Positions 1 to 13,993 of a stretch of DNA of 64,000 bases are shown one piece after another. A program made the translations under genes and the position numbers. Numbering within the stretch: position 1 is the stretch's first letter; every line of letters starts with the position of its first letter. This DNA comes from Eledone cirrhosa (Eukaryota), in the NCBI GenBank assembly GCA_964016885.1, contig OZ024740.1, positions 111,600,001-111,664,000 on the forward strand. Direction: 5' to 3'. The notes beneath the pieces are model-generated. The model was not told the DNA's origin. It saw nothing but the letters and a program-made list of their open reading frames with translations, and made no database searches.

Positions 1-175
1 GTTATAAATATTTGTTGTATTTCCAACAAATTAAATATCCCCTCTACTTATATATATATATAGAGAGATATGCAGCAGTTATATTTAATTTGTTAGGATT
101 CCAACAAACTTAAAAGTTTATAACTGATATAGAGCACTCAACAATTTACTGGAGTAAATATTCAATATATTAATA

Positions 176-357
176 GTTTCTACTTTAGGCACAAGGCCAA
201 CAATTACCCAGTGCATTACTGGTACTTTATTTTATCGACCCCGTAAGGATGCAAGGCAAAGTCAGCCTCGGTGGGATTTGAACTCAGATCGTAAGGGGAC
301 GTAACTATGCTGGAAAGCATGGCGTCCGTCCCTCTACCGATACTGCCAATCCACCCC
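176..357 (-). mobile_element. tRNA-derived SINE
   Basis: Reverse complement of the SINE at 21273-21456. Flanked by a 17-bp direct repeat TATTCAATATATTAATA (159-175 and 358-374), interpreted as the TSD. Confidence 0.9.
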
Positions 358-403
358 TATTCAATATATTAATAAATGGAAACTATGTTTATAAAACCAT
401 ATT

Positions 404-468
404 TATTTTATTATATATATTTCAAGGGCAACCAAGGCAGTCTTGGTGCGCTTTCATCAGATAAAATA
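404..468 (-). ncRNA. Type I hammerhead ribozyme (PLE-type)
   Basis: Minus strand reads TATTTTAT-CTGATGA-AAGCGCACCAAG(actgc)CTTGGTTGCCCTT-GAAA-TATATATA-ATAAAATA. This gives helix I, the CUGANGA core, helix II, GAAA and a palindromic helix III with an AUA cleavage triplet. Confidence 0.7.
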
Positions 469-548
469 CAAAATTTGTTTTATAAATAGTGACATAACTG
501 TCAAGGTTGTTTTCCACGGTTATGTCACTATTTATAAAACAAATTTTG

Positions 549-613
549 TATTTTATCTGAGGAAAGCGCACCAAGACTGCCTTGGTTGCCCCTGAAATAT
601 ATATAATAAAATA
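549..613 (+). ncRNA. Type I hammerhead ribozyme (PLE-type), inverted partner of 404-468
   Basis: TATTTTAT-CTGAGGA-helix II-GAAA-TATATATA-ATAAAATA. Confidence 0.65.
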
Positions 614-670
614 ATTATGGTTTTATAAATATAGTTTCCATTTATTAATATATTGTATATATATATACAT

Positions 671-1118
671 CAATTATATTAATAAATGGAAACTATATTT
701 ATAAAACCATATCTATTCTATTATATATATTTCAAGGGTACCAAAACTTTGGTACGTTCTCATCAGATAATATACAAAGTTTGTTTTATAAATATTGACA
801 TATCCAGGAAAGAGATCTTAATGGTTCAAGTTTTTCCTGCATAGTTAAACTTAAATAAACTTGAACCGTTAAGATCTCCTTCCTGTATCTGTCAATATTT
901 ATAAAAGAAACTTTGTATTTTATCTGATGCTGATGAGAGCGTACCAAAGTTCTGGTACCCTTGAAATATATATAATAGAATAAATATGGTTTTATAAATA
1001 TAGTTTCCATTTATTAATATCATTGATATTATACGCCAGAAAGCTGTCGAGTGCTTTGAATCAGTTATAAATATATATATTTGTTGAATTACCAACAAAT
1101 TAAATATCCCTTCTGCTT
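671..1118. mobile_element. Foldback family A, copy 2 (hammerhead in each arm, one-sided tail)
   Basis: Palindrome at 672-1025 homologous to copy 1. CTGATGA...GAAA cores at about 714-778 (-) and 916-982 (+; 6-nt CTGATG duplication). Tail at 1025-1115 runs into (CA)/(TA)n. Confidence 0.7.
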
Positions 1119-1126
1119 ATATGTAT

Positions 1127-1190
<64 letters not shown>

Positions 1191-2096
1191 GTGTGTATAT
1201 ATTTGTATGTATGTATGTATGTATGTATATCTACCAATGCATGATTTTCCTCTCGAACAAAGAAACACGACACATGAATTATCACTCTAAAATAGTTGTG
1301 AATAAATCGAGACATTAACCATTGAAGCGGGAAAAAGTGTTACGAGGTTAATATGGTTGGGAATGAAGGTTTGATTTGACGGCGAGGTGTTGCGTTTGAC
1401 GGACGGGGAAATTCAAGCAGGACAGCCTAAGCCAAGATAACCAAATAGTTTCAAAATCATGCGCTAAATGGAAATAACATCAATTGTTTTGGCAAAGGCG
1501 AATTAGACATAATGTGATTGTTGATGTAACAGCGGTTCTCAACTTTATATCCGACGATTCCTGGCTGATCCACAAAAGTAGAACTGAAGGTTTGTTAGTT
1601 AAATTCAAATGTTCAAGTACACATAGTATTCACATAGTATTAGGTATACAAGAATAAACATTTGACTATGTTTATTGTTATTATCACTGTAGAATAATCT
1701 AAGAGGGAAGTAATTGTAGCGGGAGATGGGTTCATGGGAAACATTTATTTAGCAGTAAATAAAAGGGGCACTTGGGAGAGAAGATTTGGGGAACCACTAA
1801 TATAACATATACAGAGACTTGGTCTTGATTAATAGTACTGACCAATTGGTGCAAGATCTCTGTGATGTATTCTTGTAGTTTGTGATAGTTATTGAAGAAA
1901 TAATATGAGGGGAGGATTCTGATTATGTGTATCCCACTTCTAAATGTATGAAAGAATTAATGGCTTTTGATAAGCATCCGTAGCAAGGTGTTTTGAGGTC
2001 ACATGTTAGTTTATGGTAGAGACCTAATTCAACAAGGAGCTTTCTTTCTATTCTTTTTTATCTGCAACTCTCTCTCTTTCTCTCTCTCTCTCTTTC

Positions 2097-2183
<87 letters not shown>

Positions 2184-2191
2184 CTCCCTGT

Positions 2192-2232
<41 letters not shown>

Positions 2233-2404
2233 TGTGTATGTATGTATATCCATTCCTCTCAGCATGCACTATTCTTCCCACACTCACGTGCCAATACGCA
2301 CAGATGTATTTTATCGCTCACACGCAACCTTTCTCTTTCACTCTTTCTCTCTCTCTCTCGCTCTTTCTCACGCCCCCCCCCCCTCTCTAGGTGTTGCTTT
2401 AATA

Positions 2405-2559
2405 ATTGTTTCTACTTTTGGCTCAAGGCCAACAATTTTCCCAGTACGTTACTGGTACTTTATTTTATCGACCCCATAAGGATGAAAGGCAAAGTTAACC
2501 TCGGCGGGATTTGAAAAGCATGGCGCCAGAGCCTCTACCGATACTGCCAATCCACCACC
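2405..2559 (-). mobile_element. tRNA-derived SINE (internally deleted)
   Basis: Shares the body GGTACTTTATTTTATCGACCCC..AAGGATGAAAGGCAAAG with the other copies. Flanked by the direct repeat CTAGGTGTTGCT(T/A)TAATAAT at ~2387 and ~2560. Confidence 0.85.
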
Positions 2560-2580
2560 CTAGGTGTTGCTATAATAATG

Positions 2581-2765
2581 ATTGCTACTACAGGCACGAG
2601 GCTAGCAATTTGGGGGAGGGTAAAGTCGATTAAATCGACCCGAGTGCATTACTGGTACTTTATTTTATCAACCTCGTAAGAAAGAAAGGCAAAGCTAACC
2701 TCAACCGGACTTGAACGCAGAAGGTAAAGGGCTATAACTCTATGACGCTCTACCGATTCTGCCAA
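2581..2765 (-). mobile_element. tRNA-derived SINE, diverged copy
   Basis: Same SINE body and CTACCGATTCTGCCAA head as neighbouring copies. Confidence 0.75.
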
Positions 2766-4724
2766 GGTTGTGATAAAAATATAATAGCAACTAGTCATCA
2801 GTGACATATTTCTTTAGTAGAAATCCCACAAAAGTTTATAGCATTGAAACAACATTCCGCTGACCCATTTTATTACATGTCATTAACATCTCTATCAACA
2901 GACTCTCCAGGCGTGACCAACACCACCTTAACATAAACATCAACATCGCTTCAACATTAACATCACCAATAACCAACCCTCCCGGCATGACCACATTGAT
3001 TCCAACATCAACAGAATCCCTTTTCAAGCTATAACTAACACATTGACATCAGCATCCACATAAACTACCCTTGCAGTCGTGACCACATTACATTAACATT
3101 AATTGATATCAACAAAAAGAATTCGGATAACATAAATATAATCTCACAAATACTCAGCTTTGCGTGCAATTGATTGGATCAACCCCAGTAAATCAGTATT
3201 TGTTTCTTCGAAATCAGAAAGATAACTCGAAAGATTGGTCTTATATTCTTTATTCTTCTGCCACAGGTTTCATTCATTATATTACGACCATGCTGGGGCA
3301 CGGCATTCCAAAAGTTAGTCAATTATATCAACCCCAATACCTATTCCAGTATTTATTCAATCGTTCTGTTTGAATGTACTGGTTCACACCCCACGTAGAT
3401 ATAAACTATAGAGGACATATCCGTTGGGATGATACCGTATATCTAAATCTAATATCTACCTAAGCATGCATCAAAGATCTGGGTTCTTCTGATTCTTTAA
3501 ACCGTAATTCCTTGTGAAACAAAACAGTCTAGCTACAAAGTACTTTTAAACTTGAAGATATGGTAGAAAACACTTGTTCAGGTTACCACGTACTAGGATC
3601 ACGTGGCTGCAAAATTCTTAACCACATTGCTACGCTGGCAACATTTGAACGGACCTATCATGAATGGCATTCCAATCTTGATTTCCTCTCGCTGAGAACT
3701 CGATTGCTGCCAATTTAAATAATAGCATTGCCTAATTTCTGCATATGGTGGTTCCATTCGGAATACTGCCGGCTGATCGGAATCGTAAAAGTTTGTGCAC
3801 CAGTCCGGGTATCTCTAATTTTCTCCGCACACGAAGTCGTTTTCTTCAATGATTAACGTACGAATGTATATTCTAATCAGTTGGGTTTGTATTTTAATAA
3901 TACAGAGTTAATTAAATTATTGAGTGAGTCAGAAAACGAGCGAAGCTGTATCTATTCTATTCGATAAGCTTCGTTTTATATATATATGTGTATATATATA
4001 TATATATATATTATACTAACCAACAGATTTTTATTATTTAAAACAGCTGCGTTTAATTGAAGGACTATTCATTTGTTCTTTTTTTAACAGAAGAAGATTA
4101 CGTTAGCTTGCAATGATGTAATTTTCACACTATCGAAGATCTAAAACAAAAGCTCATGACAGAAACACATGTCCCATTAGCCAGCATATGAAATATCTCT
4201 CTACCGCTTAAAGCATACAAAAGTGTGATAAAAAATATTGCAACACATCGCGTGATACTTTCCGGTAATGCCCGCCACGGATATAAAGAAAAGGAAAACG
4301 TACAAAATACAAAACTAAATATATGAAATACTAAATAAATAAACTGATGTAATAAAATTCTTCCCTTGAGATCGAGTTTTAATTATTCTGATTGCTCCTT
4401 CGTTTTATCTTCGTGAGATGGTCGGAGGGGGGGGGGGGTTATTTAATTAAAGCCGTGAATTGGCAAAGTCGTTAAAGCGTGGGAGGGAATATCTCGTGGT
4501 ATTTGATTCGGTTATCTAGCATTCTGAGTTCAAACCACACCGAGGCCAGATTTGGCTTTCATTATTTCGGGATCGATAAATAAAATATGATTTATGAGCT
4601 TCTTTCCTTTCTTTGGCCCGCCCCCCTCAATGTCGGAATCGACTACACTTCATCATTTCGGGAGTCGATAAAATACAGTAACCTGTCCAAGAGTTGTGGA
4701 GGGGTTGCTATATGTGAATGTATC

Positions 4725-4795
<71 letters not shown>

Positions 4796-4799
<4 letters not shown>

Positions 4800-5540
4800 A
4801 AAAGAATCAAACGAAATTTCATTTCTCACTCTTAGTACGGCTGATACCTAAATATAAGTATGTATACGTGCGTACATATATGTGTACAGACGCACAGTAG
4901 TATGTATATATATATTTATACATGCAAACATATATATATATGTACGTATGGGTTTATCGAACATTTATTATAATGTTCGGTTTGTTTGTAAACAAACAGC
5001 CCGAATTACGCCGTACGGGCTCGGCAACCAACGTCGCCCTTTTGTTCAACACTGACACAAGAACGATGTACTAGTTTCAAGCTTATTATCTATCGTCAGC
5101 ATCGAATACCTTTCTGTCAAATGATTGAACGTCTGAAAGTATATACTTTCTTTATGCCGTTAATATGCATAAGGCAAGTATATACTTTCAGACGTTCAAT
5201 CATCTGACAGAATGGTATACGATGTTGACGATAGCTAATAAGGTTGAAAGTAGTACATCGTTCCTGTGTCAGTGTTGAACAAAAGGGCGACGATGGTTGC
5301 CGAGCACTGTACGGCGTAATTCGGGCTGTTTGTTTACAAACAAACCGAACACTTATTATAATGTTCGGTTTGTTTGTAAATAAACATCCCGGATCACGCC
5401 GTACAGTGCTCGGCAAACATCGTTATAATAAATGTTCGGTAAACCCATACGTACATATATATATGTGTGCATGTATGTATATATATATACATACTACTGT
5501 GCATCTGTACACATATATGTATGTACGTATACATACTTAT
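4796..5540. mobile_element. Foldback family B element (inverted pLTR-like) between (TA)n and (TG)n
   Basis: Palindrome from ~4855 to 5540 centred near 5165, with a one-sided extension at 4796-4855. A homologous copy lies at 9740-10380. Arms contain a hammerhead core. Confidence 0.7.
5064..5104 (-). ncRNA. Minimal type I hammerhead ribozyme
   Basis: Minus strand reads CGATG-CTGACGA-TAGAT(aata)AGCTT-GAAAC-TA-GTA-CATCG. Helix I is CGATG/CATCG and helix III is the palindrome ACTAGT. The partner arm (5220-5260) has core mutations. Confidence 0.6.
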
Positions 5541-5592
5541 ATATATATATATATACGTATGTGTGTATGTAGGTGTGTGTGTGTATGTGTGT

Positions 5593-5679
<87 letters not shown>

Positions 5680-6257
5680 GTGTGTTTGTATCCGTGACTA
5701 TATAAATATTTGTGTCTATGTTTATGTCCCGTAAATTAGCGTGTCGACAAAAAGGGATCGATAAAATATCAGACATGAAATATTATTCCTAGGGTTTATA
5801 TGGTCGACGGAAAGTCATTTCAAGCATGGCCACATTCTTGTAAAGAAAACCAATAAAAAAATAAAAGAATTTGAATTCATGTTATATAATTGTATTATCA
5901 TCCATCAATCAGAAAGACAAAGTGAGTGCAAACTAAGGTCATGTTGACATCCAACCTTATTAGCTAGAGAGATTTATAAAACACCAGCTTGACGTTTTCC
6001 GTACGAAGCAACTTAGAGACAAAAAAATGTTTAAGAGTAATTTTAAGAGGTCTTACGGTCATCAACAATTTAATACTTCAGGTGACAAGACAAAATCTGT
6101 ACAATTTAAAATATTTTACATGCATTTTACGTTCGTTATTTTTATGTATTATATTTTATTTTATTTATATTGTGTTTTTTAAAATAATACTTAGATACAT
6201 AAATAAATAAATGTATATACGTATGAACAAAAAAGTTAAAGAAAAATATATATGTCC

Positions 6258-6309
<52 letters not shown>

Positions 6310-6322
6310 TTATAGACTAACA

Positions 6323-6358
<36 letters not shown>

Positions 6359-6376
6359 TGTATGTATGTATATATG

Positions 6377-6448
<72 letters not shown>

Positions 6449-6737
6449 CGTGTGTGTGTATGTATGTATATATATATATATATACTGTATATATACACAC
6501 ATAATAATAATTAGAAAATACGACAGAAAATTAAAAGCAAAAATATATTTGTTGCGGGCTACAAATAGTTTAAAACCCTTTAAAAGTTTAGGGAAATTCA
6601 TTCAAAATAAGTACATAACGTGTCTGCTTTTATTTTAATTTGAAATCAGAGAGAAAACGTAGGGGTCCATCGTTTAGATATTTTAATTAGAATAAAATGG
6701 AATACTTTCCGCAGGCATGTAAAACCCGTCCTCCTTT

Positions 6738-6804
<67 letters not shown>

Positions 6805-7244
6805 GCTACTACTAATACTACTGCTGCTGCTGCAGCTACTACTACTACTACAAACTTTGCTTGAGTTGTTGCTGTTAGTGTGACACTAGTCAGATTAATA
6901 GAATGAGTCTAGGGCTCGATTCCATATCATATGAATTACAAATACTCTTTGGAAAGGGATGGATGTCACTACTTCACATCGTTTTGCTATAAAAAAAATA
7001 TATATATAATAACACTTCACCATAAAGCAAAACAATGATTCATCGTTAAAATAATTACGCTACAGACGGTTATGTTAGGGATGACGATCAGCATTATCAT
7101 CACTCTCATCATAACCATCATTATACAGACACTTATACATACACACAGATATCGCACACACACAGACTTATACATACACACAGATATCGCACACACACAA
7201 ACATACACACACACACATATACCTTCTTTCTTCTTCTTCGCCAC

Positions 7245-7730
7245 TTATTCCTGAGAGATTCGTGGGGCAAATTCATCAAACAATCCTTCTAACGGGTCTT
7301 GTCAGAAGCAATCGTCTCCAACTGATCCGGTTGGATTCCCAAGTGAGACCAGCGAAGCTCATGGATGTTAACCAGATATCTTGCTCAGGGTCTACTCCTG
7401 GGTCGTCTGCCTGCTGGTTTTGTCCGTAAAATCTGTCCGGCGATCCCTACCTGAGACATTCTAACCACATTCCCATAGTATCGGAGCAGTGATCTCTCAA
7501 TTCGGAGAAGTAGCGGCTCTATCTAGAGGGACACACTGATCTCTGAGCTACGCACTCATGGAGTAACGTTATTCAAAGGCCCTTCGGAGGACCCTATTTC
7601 GGCCGCTTGTATTCGCGATCGTATTCTTTCGGTCATTACCCTAGATTCATGACCATAGGTAATGGTTGGCACGATTATCGAAATGAGGATAACGAGTTTA
7701 TCTTTTACGTCTACCGCTCTTCTGGTTACT
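7245..7730 (-). mobile_element. RTE-clade LINE 3' fragment (decayed ORF2 C-terminus)
   Basis: Translation contains IIVPTITYGHESRVMTERIRSRIQAAEI and, further on, EPLLLRIERSLLRYYGNVVRM...GRRPRSRP, typical post-RT RTE motifs. Stops and frameshifts are present. Confidence 0.8.
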
Positions 7731-7736
7731 AAATGC

Positions 7737-7815
<79 letters not shown>

Positions 7816-7869
7816 AACACACACACAAACACAAACACAAACACACACACACACACACACACATACACA

Positions 7870-8877
7870 CATAACCCACACAAAACTCTCCATACCCTAC
7901 TCCCAGCTCCTCCGTCTTCGTTGGTTCTGTAACCAGGACCCCAATTTCGAAACCCACTGCCATCACATGGCATCCCGCTTAATCAAGTGTGGATATCCTC
8001 CCACCCTAATCAAAGCTGCTCTCACTCGTACCCGTGAAACCGACCGTACCACAGCCCTCTCAGACCCCCAGCACCCTCCCAACACTCGCCTTCCTTTCCC
8101 TCTCATCTACCACCTCATCACCCTACCTCTCCGGCGACATATTCTCCGTTCCTTCAGCATCCTTTCTTCGGACCCTGTCACTTCTCGCTATTTTCCTAAC
8201 CCACCTATCACAGCATTAAAATGCGCCCGTAATATCCGCGACCTATATTTCCTTTTCCTCCTCTCCTACGACTCCAGTCGGCTCTCATCCTTGTTCTCAT
8301 CCCCTCTGTAACACCTGTCCTTTCATTTCCAACCTCACCACTCTCATAGGCCCCAACGGTTCATTCCGTATCCGACACTACTTCACTTATACCTCCACCA
8401 ACGTTGTCTATGCCCTCTGGTTTTCTGTGTGGGTCCTTATACATCGGACAAACGGGACGCCGTTTGGCGGACCATTTTGCTGAACATTTGAGATACATAC
8501 GACTCTATATGGATACTCACGTCGCCCGTCATTTCCGTTCCCCAGGTCATTCTTCCCTACATGTCTCAGTCCTTGGTGTCCTTTTACATCACGGATCACA
8601 GGCCTCGCGCACCAGGACTGAGCAGAGTCTAAATTTCCGCCTTAGGTCCTGTTTCCTTCATGGTCTCAACTCCATTCTCCCCAATGTGTTTAATACTACA
8701 CATATGTTCGTGCTTAGTACTCTACCCGTCACGTTTACCCCGTCCGTTATCATACACGCGCTTGTTCATTCACCCCTAGATTCTCATGGCTCTCTTATTA
8801 TCAGAACCATATACTCTTACAGCTGATACAAACCAACAAAATACACATACACGTCGCTCTGTATACGCACACACACA

Positions 8878-8952
<75 letters not shown>

Positions 8953-9360
8953 TTATTAACATATTTTTGCTCACAGCTTTATACTTACAAACACACACTC
9001 ACACACTTTTACTTACATACACGCACACATGCCCTCTTAGCTTCGTACGAACGTATAATAACACACACGCACGCGCATATGTACGCGCAACGTATAGCTC
9101 TATATACAAAACTTTTTTTTCAATTTCAGGTAGAGGCGCAACATCATACACTTTTCTAAAAAAAAGTATATCATACACAAAACGCAAAGATATGGCAACA
9201 TGAATGAACCTGTTATTTTTCTCTAAAAACATTTTTTTTCGATTCCGACCTGCCCGTCCCTTGAATCCTTTTAATTTATCATTCTTGTTTCTTCTGAAGG
9301 ACTAACGTCTGAAACGTTAAGACCATCTCTGTGTTGTTATTACTGTTTACCTTTTACGTA
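7870..9360 (+). mobile_element. Penelope-like element, 5'-truncated (RT C-terminus plus GIY-YIG endonuclease; Neptune-like), inserted in (CA)n
   Basis: SIPYSQLLRLR...CGYP...FPLIYH...ARNIRDL, then CNTC...TSTNVVY..CGSLYIGQTGRRLADHFAEH...VARHF...LHGLN, with frameshifts. Degenerate hammerhead CTGAAGGACTAACGTCTGAAAC at 9294-9315. Confidence 0.85.
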
Positions 9361-9384
9361 CATATATCTAAAAGTCTAAAGTCT

Positions 9385-9651
9385 GTCTTAAGCCAGAAGG
9401 CTCATTTGGCCGGTGCTTATCCCGGTTTCATGGCGTGAAGCGACTGAGAGTACAAGACTGCCCGTGGACAGAGCGCCAGGCCATCGCAGGGTTAAACCTC
9501 CAGCTATTGCTGGTAATCATTTTCAGCTGAGTATACTGGAGCAACGTGAAATGAAGTGTTTTGCTCAAGAGCACAACACGCAACCCAGGAATCGAACCCA
9601 CGACATTATGATCGTAAGTTCGACACACTTACCACTAGGCCACGTGCCTCC
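9385..9651 (-). mobile_element. tRNA-derived SINE with CORE-like domain (second SINE family)
   Basis: Minus strand has A box TGGCCTAGTGG and B box GGTTCGATTCC, followed by the CORE-like block GTGCTCTTGAGCAAAACACTT. Confidence 0.75.
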
Positions 9652-9668
9652 ACTATATACATATATAC

Positions 9669-9724
<56 letters not shown>

Positions 9725-9739
9725 GTGTGTGTGTGTGTG

Positions 9740-10375
9740 TGTGTGCGCATGTGTATATATATATATACATACTACTGTACGTCTGTATACATATATGCAT
9801 GTACGCATACATACATACATACTTGCATTTAAGTAAGTGCCGTACTAAGAGTGAGAAATGAAATTTCGTTTCATTCTATTCCATTTATCCATTCTATTCC
9901 ATTTATCGTTTTCGGTGCGCCGGCCGACTGAACTCACTCGATATGAAAATTAGACTGTTCAACCGTTAATATGCATAAGGAAAGTATATACTTTCAGACG
10001 TTCAACCATCTGACGATAGCTAATAAGCTTGAAACTAGTACATCGTTCCTGTGTCAGTGTTGAACAAAAAGGTGACGTGGTTGCCTAAACACTGTACGGC
10101 GTAATTCGGGCTGTTTGTTTGTTTACAAACAAACAAACCGAGCATTATAATAAATGTATATACTGCTAAAACACTTCCGGTCAAGCACTCCCTAGCTTCC
10201 GGCCACCGCACACCACGCCATACCCACACGCCCCCCTGACCTCAAGGATCAATTCCCCCTCGTCCTTCTGCATATGATACAAACAAACAAACCGAGCATT
10301 ATAATAAATGTTCGGTAAACCGATACGTGCATATATATATGTGTGTATATATATACATACTACTGTACGTCTGTA

Positions 10376-10380
<5 letters not shown>
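9740..10380 (+). mobile_element. Family B element in tandem (permuted) arrangement
   Basis: 9740-9885 matches the end and extension of the 4796-5540 element. 9963-10380 matches its right arm, including CTGACGA...GAAACTAGTAC at ~10010-10040. Confidence 0.6.
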
Positions 10381-10469
<89 letters not shown>

Positions 10470-10947
10470 CACACACACACATACATACATATTGCTTATG
10501 CTGAACTCCATGTTTTTGTTGATTTTTTTCGGAATGTTTTGACTGGTGTTTCTTGTAAACATATTTTTGTCTCATCCCGGCATCACTAGCGTGCGTCCAC
10601 GTGTGTTTTGTTATTTCAACTCTATACGCTGTTCGCTTGCCTGCTTTTAATTCCCCTCTGGCATTTTAGCAGGGCCTTTTAGTTAACGTGTTGAGCACTA
10701 CTGAAGATCGACCCCAACCGTGACTAACCCCACTGAAAAGTTTCGTGAAATAATATTTTAAGACTATATAGTGCATTTGTAGTTTTCCCCAAATTGACGG
10801 TTAAATATTTTTTCTTGATTATAAGATTTTATTACTTATCCCAAATCTTACGTTAAACATTTTTCATCTTAATGTTATAGTCAGTTATATGTCTGAATTA
10901 TTGTTGGTTGTTGGCTTTTGGCTTACATTAATTTCTCTATTTTCATT

Positions 10948-11241
<294 letters not shown>

Positions 11242-11329
11242 AGACAGGAATGGAATATTCTGGTTAGTCTAACGAAACGATCGTAAATCAATTAAATGAT
11301 TTAATATAAATCCACGTTAATCTTTATTC

Positions 11330-11391
<62 letters not shown>

Positions 11392-11436
11392 TCATCATGG
11401 ATTCAGAGTCGGGAACTAACTGTTAAATATACATAT

Positions 11437-11531
<95 letters not shown>

Positions 11532-11556
11532 AATGAGGTAATTATATTGTATTGTT

Positions 11557-11594
<38 letters not shown>

Positions 11595-11741
11595 TATTTT
11601 CCGTTGTGTTGTAATATAAATATTACACACAGTAGATTATCAGCTCACGTAGAGTTTGCTCGACGGTTCCAGTTGTAGTTCCAAAAGTAATCCGGAGAAA
11701 AATAGAAAGATTTGAATGGATACAGTTTAGTTGAAAGGAAT

Positions 11742-11858
11742 TTATTGACACGTGTTTCTATAACAGTTACATAACCTAAAACAGCTATCTACAAACTTTT
11801 AGTTATGCAGACATTCAATATTTCAATGTTATTATTTACTGTCATTTCATCAGAATAA
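11742..11858 (-). ncRNA. Type I hammerhead ribozyme with extended helix II (3' pLTR, sense to the ORF)
   Basis: TTATT-CTGATGA-AATGACAGT..~70 nt..ACTGTTATA-GAAAC-ACGT-GTC-AATAA. Confidence 0.75.
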
Positions 11859-12424
11859 TATTACTGAGGACCTATTTAGTTTTTATAGAGAATATTAGGA
11901 GGGAGGGGTGAAGTTGTTAGAAGAATAGTTGAAGGAGTGGTTTTTCGATAGCAGTGAGAATTCTTGGTGGCAGTGAGTAATTAGATTCCCATCTGTTGTT
12001 TTGACATTTTTTATAGAATATATTATTGGTTATTTTTCTAAATCTATAGAAGGATTAGAGATAGTAAAGATATGCGTGGTTGGTTTTGTGTTTGCACTTA
12101 ATTAACATTCAGACTTAAATTTTTCTTTCAAGTGTACGTATCCTTTCACCCACGCATTCACACACAAATATATTTGGACACCTCTACAAAATACATATAC
12201 TCACAATTCACATATTCATACTTACATATATATACACATGCATACACATATATATACACACATGTATTCATATACATACATACGCGCTCATGTGTATACA
12301 TTTTCATACTCAACTTATCTTTATATACACACGTATAGACACACTCATATATACATACATACTCTAGTCCATGTGTACACACATACACATACTTACACAT
12401 CCATATACACATATATACATACAT

Positions 12425-12507
<83 letters not shown>

Positions 12508-12828
12508 CATATATACATACACATACATATACACACATATACATACATATATATATATAAGCACTTTAATACATGAATACACTTACATCTAACTATACAC
12601 ATCAAACATATATATATATTTACTTATTTATATACATTTTCACATATATATACATACTTATGGACGTTTTTAGACACATTCATTATCGCATATTTGTACC
12701 TATTCTCATCAGCATATCTTTTCATTATTAGTATGGTAATTTAAGGTTATTAATATATGTTGAGAAGAGATTGTTTTTATATTTTTCTAACTAGATTAAG
12801 GTTTATATAGTTGGGGGATGTCCCTCTT

Positions 12829-13540
12829 TTATGTAATATTCGGCTTGTAGTGGGAAAAAAGGGTTTTAGTTCTGTGACGGCAGAATAATGTTCGTTCAAT
12901 TCTGTTATTCAGCAGTTTCTTCTTGTGTGTGATTATGTAATAAATCTCAAGATTACACAATTTGCAGAAATTTTGGCTCCTGGAAAAGCTTTGGGTTTTA
13001 GCTAATTTTTCCCATTTTAGGGTAAACTTTTGGCCGCTATCCCTGAGCGTCCAAGCTTTTTCTGCTAAAGTTGTTACATTTCTTTGGCTCTGGTGTTTTA
13101 TTGAGTAAGAATGCCTATACAATCGAGATTTAAACGATGTTGCCGTTGATCCCACGTAATACCACTCGTTGCCTCCGGATTTAATGGTACACTTATAAAT
13201 AATATTTTTTTCCAGGCAGTTATTGCCGAGGGGGCAGTTGTCAGGATAGGTGCAGTTACAGTTGTGTACGTTGGGTTTTCTCTGGAGTAGTATTGCGGAC
13301 GAACTTAGGTGTGGTTTATTTATGTTCTGTAGTGTATTGTCTACTGTTTTTTTTTGTGTTCTTTGTACTTAAGTTCTTAGTGTTTTCGTTTAACCTTCTA
13401 GTATTGATCTTTTTTATGTGTTGTTCAAGGTTTAACGCTGTAGAGTATGACAGTCTTATAGTGGTAGGGTTTAGGATTTTGTGGTATTTGTGTGATGTGG
13501 GAAAATGTCTTTTAATTATTTTAAAGAAGAGTACTGGTAA
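12829..13540 (-). pseudogene. PLE ORF C-terminus: linker and GIY-YIG endonuclease
   Basis: HFPTSHKYHKILNPTTIRLSYS...CNCTYPDNCPLGNNCLEKNIIYKC...YYVGSTATSFKSRLYRH...CKLCNLE...LNNRIE...CRH. One frameshift near the poly-T run at ~13350. Confidence 0.85.
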
Positions 13541-13900
13541 AAAACCCTTTTTTCCCACTACAAGCCGAATATTACATAAAAGAGGGACATCCCCCAACTA
13601 TATAAACCTTAATCTAGTTAGAAAAATATAAAAACAATCTCTTCTCAACATATATTAATAACCTTAAATTACCATACTAATAATGAAAAGATATGCTGAT
13701 GAGAATAGGTACAAATATGCGATAATGAATGTGTCTAAAAACGTCCATAAGTATGTATATATATGTGAAAATGTATATAAATAAGTAAATATATATATAT
13801 GTTTGATGTGTATAGTTAGATGTAAGTGTATTCATGTATTAAAGTGCTTATATATATATATGTATGTATATGTGTGTATATGTATGTGTATGTATATATG

Positions 13901-13993
<93 letters not shown>

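Larger units (their letters stand above)
62..656. mobile_element. Short foldback (inverted pLTR-like) element, family A, copy 1; its tail (62-175) is split from the body by a SINE
   Basis: 362-655 is a palindrome with ~140 bp arms. The same arm sequence recurs at 672-1025 and 49372-49720. The tail matches, in reverse, 1025-1115 and 49720-49810. Each arm contains a hammerhead core. Confidence 0.7.

Noticed and set aside
10695-10750. CTGAAGA...GAAA hammerhead candidate
   Set aside because: Helices are weak and ambiguous.
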